From: Paraspadella gotoi
Taxonomy: Eukaryota > Animalia > Chaetognatha
DNA: 64,000 bases
Reading direction: 5' to 3'
NCBI GenBank assembly: GCA_051294375.1
Contig: CM119266.1
Location: forward strand, 10,255,677-10,319,676
Shown here: positions 56,501 through 64,000 of the stretch, piece after piece
Position numbering within the stretch: position 1 is the stretch's first letter
How the letters are laid out: every line of letters starts with the position of its first letter
Made by a program: the position numbers and the translations under genes
Notes under the pieces: model-generated
What the model saw: only the letters and a program-made list of their open reading frames with translations
What the model was told of the DNA's origin: nothing
Database searches by the model: none

Positions 56501-58348
56501 TAATATAATATAGTATGAAAATTTTCAAATTACTTGTTTCACTATTTTCTATTTTTATATTTTATGAAGGATTTAGTATATAATCTATATTATTTAAAAA
56601 TATATATTTTGCTTTCTTTCTTTAAAAAATTTTTTTACTTATCATTATATCTAATAACTCAATTTGGGAAGAGGAAATCAGTGTTGTCTTCTTAAAATAG
56701 CGGGAGCATCTATACAACAAGGTTAGATTACAATATGTTCTAGTTTTCTAATAGATATCACACATCATTTCTGTTAGAAAGTAATTAATGAAAAATCATA
56801 ATATCTAAGAGGCTGAACAGAAAGGGGTGGGAATGGATAATTTTTTGAGGGGGGACCAAAGTTATATATGATTTTTTTTACCAATAGGGATAAGACTACC
56901 ATGTAGAATTGTATGTTCTGATAGGGATACATACTGGGGAAAGGTCTATAGGGGCACCTCTATGTCATGAATAGAATTTTAATTTAATTTAATTTTTTTA
57001 TCCTACTTTTTATTTATTTCTTTTTTGAATATTTTTTATATTTTATGTTTATACAATGGGAAAGTCATCAGTTGGGAACCTATACCCTTCATGGATTTCG
57101 GCTCTTTATCAATATCCAGGTATAGGCGAGCCATCACCAAATGGTGATCCCTCATAGTTAATTTTTATATAATTTGAAGAATTTAATTTTGAAAAATTAA
57201 TTTTTAGATTTTAATTTTGAGAAATTAATATTAAGAAATAAATTTTGAGAAATTAATCCTAATATCGAGGTATAGGCGAGCTATCACTAAATGGTGTTCC
57301 CTCTGTTATTAGTTATATAATTTTGAGTATTTAATTTTGAAAAATTAATTTTGAGAATTTAATTTTGAAAAATTAATTTTGAAAATTTAATTTTGCAAAA
57401 TTAATTTTGAGAATTTAATTTTGAAAAATTCAGTATAATATAATGACGGCACAGCAGTGGACCTGGGGAGGGGCTCAATGAAGACTGGGAGCCTACGTTA
57501 AAACTGACGCGTGGAACTGTGTCTTTAATGACGTGTGAAGGGGTGGGTTCTTCTGACCACTTTAAGGTCATTTAGTCTTAAGCCTCTTCATTTTTATTGT
57601 GTCTCTCTCTCATTATTTCTTTCTTTGTAAAAGTTTTGCTTGTTAACTCTCTCATTTCCACTGAAGATGACATAAAAACATATGCCGAAATATATGGAAA
57701 ATTTATAATTTTCTCTTTTTTTTTCTGAACTGTACTCCATTATGAAATTGAACGTTTTCATCCTTGTTCTTTTGTTTGGCAGCAAATAATCCGATTGGCC
57801 ACGTCTCGGACACTGTGTATCTCTATTACGAAAGCTTTTACTTCGTCCTCAACGTGTTGACGGCGACGGGGATCGGGGACATCCACCCCGGCACCGCCTT
57901 GGAGATGCGAGTCGGGATATTTATGATGTTGGGTCTCAGGTCGGCGCCCCAGAGTTTTTTGTAATGGGTGTTCTATATTGTATGTTCTGAAGAGACAGTA
58001 ATTATTGTTATGTGTTAGTGACAGAACCGTTCAATATAAGCAATCCCTGAGCTTCGGATCAGGCTGTAACACCGTGTTACAGGCGGGTTAAGCGCCCCGT
58101 CCCTCTTAACTGCTAGGCGGCCACCGGGCTATTACCACGGACCTTTGGGTGGGGAGGCGAATGACTTGCCTCCGGCACCAATGGCCACTGATGAACGGTT
58201 GGTGGATTTTAGTCCACCATAGTTCTATGAAATTGTTACAACCAATATATTATATATTGGGTCCTCGTTGTCTTTGTAGTTGTCGTTTTCGTTTGAACTA
58301 TTTGAGGTTCCAAAATAAAATTATTGTCGCCGGCTTTTAAAATTTGAA

Positions 58349-58414
<66 letters not shown>

Positions 58415-60080
58415 TCGACCATAGGATTGTGAATATTTCTTCATCAATTTCCCTCATTTGATTTTTTCCCTCAAGATTGATCGCCATGAACGTCTTGAGT
58501 AAAATAATCACCACGACGATGGCCGCGGCGTTGCGATCGTTCAAAAACAAAAAAAGTAAATAGTAGTTAAAAAAAAGTCGATTCTTTAGCGGCTTCAACA
58601 GACGACGACGACGACGACGACGTCCACTCCGACCAAGACGATCGAATAAACTATTCTCTTTTTCTCTATCAACTATAAACTTCTAAATATATATTCTCTT
58701 TGTAGCGGAGTATAAAATACTACCGCTACATCATAATATTTAACCTCGCTGAACGTTTCAAAGGCTGTAAATATTATTTTTAATTCAATTTTTTTATTTC
58801 ATTTTGTATATTTTTTTAAACAAACAGTTCTCGCAGCGCTATGGGTTTTCAACAAATGCAACGTCAGCAAACAAATAATGGTAAGCGCCAAATTTTTACT
58901 TTATTTTTCAATGAGATTAGCGCTACAGTACTAGTTGTGCCTCTACCTATTACCTAATGATAATTTAAACTCAAAACAGAAAAAGTTCATTCACGACCAA
59001 CGATATCGTCGCAGCTACTACAGCAGCAACACGCTGCAGTCTCTGGTGACCAATTGCGTGCACCTGGCGACGCTGCGCGAGGACATATGCTTCTGCGTCT
59101 GCGAACCGTTCCTGCGGCGCCTGCGCATCCTCCACGGGCTCCCGCTTGGCGTCGTCAAGCTCATCAGCATCTGCGTCCTCGAGGAGCTGCACGACTTGGA
59201 CGCCATCGTCATCGAAGAGGGCGCTCTCGTGGACAGCGTCCTCTACGTGGTCAGAGGATTCGCCGAGACGTTCACTCTGGGCCGAAAGGGGAAGAGAAGG
59301 ATACTGTCGGAGGGCGACCTTTGGGGGGTCGACAACTTCGAAGGTTTGAAATAGGAGGGGAACTCTAAAGATGCCGGACGTTGTAATGATGATCATTGTA
59401 ATGAAGATGTCTAACATCTTAAATTTAACTATTATTCCCCATTTTCTTACTTTCAATTAAGTTAGACTTTTGCTCGCAAACGACGACGACGACGAATATA
59501 AACCAGTTTAATGGGTCAGTTCATGCTTGACATTTAAATACGAAAAAAATTTGGTTAGCTCGAATGGCTTGAGTCACCAAAAACGTACATTTTAACTGAT
59601 GCATGAATCTGAAAAGATTCCTTCTTTTGGAGTAAACTTTTTGAATAAAGATCAAACTGCATGTTGTGCCACAGTGACTTTCTTCTGTGGACGCATTTCC
59701 AGATGATTACGTGACTATGCAATACAATACTAAACTATACAATATAGTATACATACATGTATACAAATACAAACTTAATTGATGCTGTTCTACCAAAGTT
59801 GAAAGCAATTAAAACGTCAGTGCGTCAGACCGATGGACAAACAGACACAGACTGGCCGCCCATACCGAAAAGCGACTTACTACAGACTTCCTCCGCGGCG
59901 CAACTAAAAAACGAAAACCTTACATTGGTTTGTTTTTACTTTTTAGGGCGACGTTTGCGGGCGAACGAGACGCTGGTCGCCGGACAAAAGTTGGTCGTTT
60001 ATCGGTTGAGTTCCTCTTCGGTGATCAACTATTTGGAGGGACGCTTGGACATTTACAGCTCGGCTTTGGGACGACTCTAG
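30048..60080 (+). CDS. Four-repeat cyclic-nucleotide-binding-domain K+ channel (CNGK / tetraKCNG-like), ~2,350-2,390 aa, ~23 exons
   Basis: Exons: 30048-30163, 30707-30929, 31276-31590, 32099-32297, 32341-32395, 32524-32617, 32907-33042, 33147-33242, 33625-33881, 34162-34414, 35808-35992, 47170-47332, 48606-49809, 51625-53755, 53846-~53963, 54091-54364, 54676-54908, 55754-56035, 57783-57939, 58476-58555, 58828-58880, 58980-59343, 59947-60080. All are phase-compatible (one donor uncertain). The product has four successive TM bundles, four pore loops (GVGYG, TVGYT, TGFGD, TGIGD), four C-linkers and four CNBD beta-rolls. Confidence 0.85.
30466..30511 (+). ncRNA. Minimal type I hammerhead ribozyme motif
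   Basis: aagtg-CTGATGA-a-GGCTC-gaaattgt-GAGCC-GAAA-CATGTC-tgctt: intact core, 5-bp helix II, palindromic CATG helix III, GUC cleavage triplet, helix I with wobble pairs. Confidence 0.75.
31071..31203. repeat. Dispersed intronic repeat (second copy at 34612-34750)
   Basis: ccgcctcacatccaccatc...cagccaatc...ttggcaaagcgagaccg...cctaggg is shared by both loci. Confidence 0.8.
32099..33242 (+). CDS. Channel repeat I turret, pore, S6 and C-linker exons
   Basis: Exon 32524-32617 encodes WVTEIARGVGYGRIWLPQQSAMIFHFQYVVM (GYG filter) and is not in the ORF track in this frame. It is followed by S6 ISGAVYFFGIFPGLINTF and C-linker YEDKKKNFRLYVQQM. Confidence 0.8.
33283..33554. repeat. ~270-bp dispersed repeat family (inverted copies 39299-39588 and 39623-39835; end fragments near 40510, 47401, 56395, 58226)
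   Basis: ...ggaggccttaaaccaccaaagcctgtccaaagtcaggggcaagatagcttatttattaaatgaatggataatttttatattggttg..ccaatttcata; the end usually abuts TA-rich tracts. Confidence 0.85.
33625..34414 (+). CDS. Channel CNBD 1 exons (33625-33881, 34162-34414)
   Basis: KKVFLEGETIFAADG...FLYWVTVGK|VRLNF...YLTPGSIFGETNF...VITAASEATLLTLRRS, a CNBD beta-roll. Confidence 0.88.
35290..35497 (-). mobile_element. Possible tRNA-derived SINE fragment
   Basis: B-box GGTTCAATACC on the minus strand (35432-35442) enclosed by a ccgtgag/ctcacgg stem; weak A-box upstream; no full cloverleaf. Confidence 0.35.
35808..35992 (+). CDS. Channel repeat II S1 exon
   Basis: ctag|AA...TTC AAT|gtacgt; encodes DSVVDLVWQGFVALVALFANVLFF, a typical S1 start. 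Confidence 0.8.
36638..38098. mobile_element. Non-autonomous hAT-type DNA transposon, 1461 bp
   Basis: Ends TAGGGTTCCG...CGGAACTTTA with subterminal TTAACCG/CGGTTAA repeats; perfect 8-bp TSD GTCTAAAG at 36630-36637 and 38099-38106. Confidence 0.85.
37226..37355 (+). ncRNA. Long palindrome enclosing a hammerhead-like motif (Penelope-like inverted pLTR remnant)
   Basis: Arms acaaacgatgggttttattaaaaaaacggacatgtttcgactc / gagtcgaaacatgtccgttttttgaataaaaacccgttgtttgt. The core CTGATG(t)a-GACT..AGTC-GAAA-CATGTC at 37283-37320 has one core mismatch. Confidence 0.6.
38188..38655 (-). mobile_element. Second copy of the DINE-1/Helentron-like repeat (see 430-995)
   Basis: Reverse complement similarity including a GTCY tract at about 38300-38325, ATCTGCT-tac-AGCAGAT hairpin and duplicated internal unit. 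Confidence 0.55.
40632..41587. mobile_element. Foldback MITE (duplicate of 47525-48480)
   Basis: CATGGTGACAA...TTGTCACCATG long terminal inverted repeats. Confidence 0.8.
43963..44005 (-). ncRNA. Minimal type I hammerhead ribozyme motif (duplicate of 50860-50902)
   Basis: Identical to the 50860-50902 motif; lies within the 6.9-kb duplicate. Confidence 0.7.
47170..47332 (+). CDS. Channel repeat II S2-S3 exon
   Basis: ttttctcag|ATC AAA TAC ... CTC AAA A|gtgaga; phase 0 in and phase 1 out, matching both neighbours. Confidence 0.7.
47525..48480. mobile_element. Foldback MITE, 956 bp, TA-flanked (Tc1/mariner-type target), ~370-bp TIRs
   Basis: ta|CATGGTGACAATTTTACAAGCGCCGGTAGAAATACGCTGTCATTTGCAAACC...GGTTTGCAAATGACAGCGTATTTCTACCGGCGCTTGTAAAATTGTCACCATG|ta. 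A diverged relative lies at about 54985-55642. Confidence 0.88.
48606..49809 (+). CDS. Channel repeat II S5-pore-S6-C-linker-CNBD2 (first half), 1.2-kb exon
   Basis: 401-aa ORF; pore DYLLDMFFYLSGATTVGYTS; CNBD LTVVPGFHLFFKGDLLRDIMVIIDGYVEY; cccag| and AG|gtagat splice sites. Confidence 0.88.
50860..50902 (-). ncRNA. Minimal type I hammerhead ribozyme motif
   Basis: Minus strand: AGCA-CTGATGA-a-GAACG-aaataca-CGTTC-GAAA-CATGTC-TGCT; perfect helix I and II, intact core, followed by the family tail acaaataaaaattcgttgt. Confidence 0.8.
51625..53755 (+). CDS. Channel CNBD2 end plus entire repeat III (S1-S6, pore TMTGFGD, C-linker, CNBD3), 2.1-kb exon
   Basis: 751-aa ORF with LNRL S4, LYLTCLYYVTQTITMTGFGDF pore, YLKDKNVPDYL C-linker and VIRRGDVADMIYLLGKG...IFGD CNBD. 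Confidence 0.93.
53846..60080 (+). CDS. Channel repeat IV exons through the stop codon
   Basis: LDLVFLAEIIIR|FRMGFFDVKTGEMVMTPSRIRRHY...FLLDLVSIAPF (classic KCNH/CNG S2-S3); pore YYESFYFVLNVLTATGIGDIHP; CNBD4 VIEEGALVDSVLYVVRG...LSEGDLWG; TAG at 60078-60080. Confidence 0.85.
55288..55327 (+). ncRNA. Minimal type I hammerhead ribozyme motif (weak helix I)
   Basis: CTGACGA-a-GGCTTG-aaatag-CAAGCC-GAAA-CATGTC followed by the family tail aaaataaaaatcgttgt. Confidence 0.65.
56514..56719. repeat. Dispersed repeat shared with the insert at 13646-13849
   Basis: tatgaaa...aattacttgtttcactatttt...gaaggatttagtat...tttgggaag...tcagtgttgtcttct...gcatctatacaaca is present at both loci. Confidence 0.8.
57110..57430. 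repeat. Compound tandem repeat
   Basis: Two copies of aatatcnaggtataggcgagcnatcacnaaatggtgntccctc, each followed by tandem AATTTTGAAAAATT-like ~14-mers. Confidence 0.8.
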
Positions 60081-60786
60081 ACACGGAAATTGATCTTCCT
60101 TCAGTCTTGTTCACGTTTTCGAGTTTTAGCCAGAATTTTTTTTTTAAAAAAGGATAATATTTATCCGATCTTTTTGCTTTTGGGAATTTTCGATAAATCT
60201 CCCTCTGTATCAATCTATCCCTGATACAGAGATTTAATTTTCTTAAAATAAAGACTAGTAATATTGAAAATAAACAAGCATTTAATATTTGAGAATATTA
60301 AGTGAAAAGTAGTTAAACTGTACATATTCATAGGAGAAAAAAAATTGTATACAAAAAAGTAAAGTTCAACGCGTTCATGTAATAAAAGCGATTTCGATTT
60401 ATAAATACATTTCGTATACGGAATTACGTGACGCTGTTAGCGATACAACAAAATGGATGATTATGAACGAATAAAAAACGGCGGGATAAATTGAACGGCG
60501 AAAGAAAGAGCGATTACGAAACAAATTTTTTTATACGTGAATAATGTTATTCGTTAGTTTTAATGAATTTATCTTTCGATCTTCCGAATTAGCCGCTCAA
60601 TCGACATACAACATGGTCAGGCGGAATTTGACAGATCTCCTTGTCAGACGGTGACGATTCTTCTGTATCAGAATTTGACATGGTCCCGTGTCAGACGTAA
60701 CTTTTATCAATGTCAGACACGAGGCTTCATTCTTCAATCAAATCGCGCTCACCTCACTCAGCCAAAAAAAAAAAAGAAGCTTGTGT

Positions 60787-61104
60787 TCACTGTCCCAAAA
60801 CCGTCTCCGTCTCGCTCGTCGCCTTCGACTCCGTCTCGGTCTCGCTGTCGTCTCCCGTTTCTTTCGCCGAGCCGTCTAGGTTCTCCTTCGCTTCGTCCGA
60901 CGCCGACTCCTTTGGCGTCTCTCTCGGCGCCTTTTTTGGCGCCACTTTGGGCGATGCGTCGCTCCCGCTCTTACGACGCCGCGATTCGTCGGCGGCGACG
61001 TCGAGCTTCAACTGTTGCTGCTGCGTCGCCTTGGCGTCGACCTTGCGTCTGGCCGGCGCCCGCATGCAGAGCATCGCGTCGTATTCGGCAATGATGTCCG
61101 ACAT
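60787..61104 (-). CDS. Probable terminal coding exon of an unidentified gene convergent with the channel gene
   Basis: Polypyrimidine tract plus ccag| acceptor at 61105-61106; GC3-rich 105-codon frame (MSDIIAEYDAML...charged low-complexity tail) ending in TGA. No upstream exons recognised in the window. Confidence 0.6.
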   Translation of the reverse strand: MSDIIAEYDAMLCMRAPARRKVDAKATQQQQLKLDVAADESRRRKSGSDASPKVAPKKAPRETPKESASDEAKENLDGSAKETGDDSETETESKATSETETVLGQ

Positions 61105-64000
61105 CTGGAGGTTGAAGGTGGAGGGAAAAAATGGGGGAGAGTTTAGATGGGAGAATGAGAATGGGCTGGGGGGGCGGTGGGAAGAAGTATTGGTTGTGGG
61201 ACGTAAAGAGATGAAAAGTAAATTTTCTTCGTGGAATTCAAAAGGAGCTGGGGAAGAAATTTCCTTTTTTAATTGTTGCTTTAAATTACTTTTTTTTTTA
61301 AAAGTCGACGTTTATTTTACTGAACGAGTAATTCTCCTCTCGTTCAAGAGCTTTTAAATTAGAGCAAATTAACAAAAAAAAAGCTTTTTTTACTTATGAC
61401 TAAATACGAGAAGAAAAAAAAGAAAAAATAATAAACTCAATCATTTAGAATCAATGGATGGTCTAATTATGAATATGGCAAAAATATTTGTTTCATTTTT
61501 GTTTTATTGTTTTATTGTTTTATTTTAATAGAGCGAAAAATAGAGACAAATTCTCTTCTTTTTTTTTCACAGAAATCAGTTAGTGTCAAGTTGATTATGC
61601 GAAAAGAACGAAAAGTTATTCTACTGTAAAACTATTTCGCGCTGCGACCTGCGGTTCTGTCAACGCAGCTCTGCAGATAAGAGGTTTCCCCTTATCATTG
61701 AGCGTTTTGCGATCAGTAGCAAACACACGTGATTTTATCATCGGGTTTTTTTGTTGTTTTTTTATATTACTTTTTTTTTTATTCAAAAGCGAATAACTGG
61801 AGTGGGTCGATCCCGTCCTTGTTCGAAAGTTAAAAAAATAAACTTCCTTCCCGATCACCAAGTTTAGATTCGGGGGAAACCGTAAAAAGTTTGTGGGTGA
61901 TTTTAATGATACTGAAAGATATACGTAAAAAAAGATGGAATGTTCCAAAATGAAAGAATAGATATCAATTTTGTTCACCTGATTCTAACCGAATTATTGG
62001 ATTATCCAAAATCAATCCTTCAATCTTATTTGCATATCGTCGTGTTTTGATTAGGCAGTTATAAATATATATTTATTCCGTTAGTTTAGCTTTATCATCT
62101 CATGATATGTTTAATATATTAGGATGCATCCCGGTCTTATACAAAAATATACCTTTTATAACATCACCTCTTTTACTTTTTTTTTTAGTCGGTTCCAAAA
62201 AAATTCCTTTTCGTCTGGCGTTCTGACGTTGGTCCGAGGGGGGGGCGTCGATAGACGAGGATGAGCTCACGTACGATCGATGTATTTTTGTTTGATTTCC
62301 TTCAAATTCTCGAGATGAATTTCGGAATTTGGAATCTCTGGCGGCAAAATCTCGGAATTCGTCTGATCTGCGGAGATAAAAAAAAAATAGAAAAGAACCA
62401 CTCGTTAGTTTTCTCTTTATTTATTTTATATATATGCGTACATACTAAATTAAAAAAAAGCGAATTAGAGAAAGATTTTTTTTTTATAGTCGACTTTGTA
62501 GATTGTTGCGATTTCTCGCTCTTTCCCCTGACTCAACCGTAAGACGGAGCGAGGAGGGGAAATCTCAAGAAAGGGAAGAAAAAAATAGTTTTTTCTTTCT
62601 GCGTCGATCGAGTTTGAGTCGCCCAAAACAACGACGACAACAACAACGACTTCAACTCTGCGCGCGAATTCCTTGTGCCTTTTTCCGCGATTTATTTCGG
62701 CGACGATGAAAAGAAAATAAGATAAAATAAAATAAAAAGAAAATAAAAAGAATCTTGACTTTTGTCAAAAGAGCGTGACGACGATCACGATGAATCAGAG
62801 TTAGAAGATGACGACGACGACAAAGACGATGACGTAAATTGCAACGATGACGAGGACGAAGACAAATGCGCAAACCGGGCAAGACGTGAAAAGTGAGAGA
62901 AAACGGGATCCATATCTCTATCGACGATGTAGAATTAGACTCAAAATAAGACGTTTGATGAGAGAGAAAGAGAGATGTGTTTATTTCTTATTAACGACCT
63001 TTTTCTTGACAATGACTACTTCCAGTTAGTTTTTTTAGATTCCCCGCTGACCAACCCAAATAGAGTCTGCCCCACTCCAGTCTTCAGTGAGAGTCGCCCC
63101 GGGTTTATTTTGCTCTACTGCGACAGGGTCTCAATGACTCGTGACCAAACTCATTTGTTAGTTTTTAAATGGAACCGTTTGTCTGTCCGTCTGTCGTCGG
63201 GAAAACCGAAATATATTTAAAATCGACAGGAGAAAAAAAATGATAAAGAAAAAATGACGATAAGAACCCGTATGTGAAAAGAGAAACAACCAGTGATTTT
63301 TTTTAAATATGTGATGATAAACTCATACGAATCAAAAGCTGATCGGAAGTGACGAAAACGAAAATTGTGTTAAGGACTCAATTGCTAGATATATGAGCTT
63401 TTTTTTGCATTTCCATAAATAGAATATATAGAAATAAAAAAAATTGTTTCACAATATTGACACTAACTTTTCGATTTCACCGACAGAGGGCAAAAGACCG
63501 ACGAAAGTACAAGAGTCAAAAAAATGTTACCGGAAGTCATGAAAAACAATTTTGAAAACTTAGAAAAAAATCTTTCTGGAAAAAAATAACTAATTTGAGA
63601 CAAGACTTTTTTTTGCGCTGGCGGACACTGGGGGACGGCGTGGGAGTGGAATGAAAACCAGAGTGGAAACATTTTAATGCGAGGTCACGCAGTGGAATAG
63701 AGTTTTTTTGAGCCCAGTTTTTTTTGGGGGGGGGACCCGAACGAGGAATCGCTTTTTTCCTCGTTTCTAAAATGGAGAAAGAGAAGAGGCGAAAGGGAGA
63801 AATGGACACTGTCCAATAGTAAAAAAGGACAAAAGGGGCAAGCGGCAAAGAAAGTTAAAAAAAACCAAATAAGCAATGAAAGAAATGACAAAGATGAAAC
63901 GGGGGAAAGTATCAAAGGGTAAAGGGCCAAACTGGTAAAAGAAAAAAAAAAAGAAAACGGCCGAAAGACGAAAAGGTGAAAAGGAAAAAAGGAAAAGTCG

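Noticed and set aside
57110-57430. Repeat-spacer pattern suggestive of CRISPR
   Set aside because: Only two units, spacers are themselves tandem repeats, eukaryotic context and no cas genes.
58706-58766. Candidate extra exon after tgtag
   Set aside because: It has a stop in the required phase; 58555 joins 58828 in frame without it.

Overview
Eukaryotic (invertebrate-animal-like) genomic DNA: AT-rich, intron-rich, full of (AG)n microsatellites and non-autonomous transposons, with four assembly gaps. Three protein-coding loci are supported by my manual exon chaining with phase-compatible splice sites. (1) Minus strand: the 5' five coding exons of an FBXL16-type F-box/LRR gene (22165->4843); its C-terminal exons are missing. 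(2) Plus strand: a ~23-exon gene (30048-60080, roughly 2,350-2,390 aa) encoding a single polypeptide of FOUR concatenated 6TM-pore-C-linker-CNBD units, i.e. a very divergent CNGK/tetraKCNG-type channel with an asymmetric selectivity filter (RGVGYG / TTVGYT / TMTGFG / TATGIG) and degenerate cyclic-nucleotide pockets. (3) Minus strand: the terminal exon of an unidentified convergent gene (61104->60787). The channel introns carry a family of minimal type I hammerhead ribozyme motifs (Penelope-like/retrozyme remnants), a hAT element with a perfect 8-bp TSD and a TA-flanked foldback MITE. Tandem duplications (6.9 kb, 1.4 kb, 0.15 kb) each sit next to a 25-N gap and are probably assembly artefacts or uncollapsed alleles. 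Exon coordinates were read by hand and need RNA-seq confirmation.
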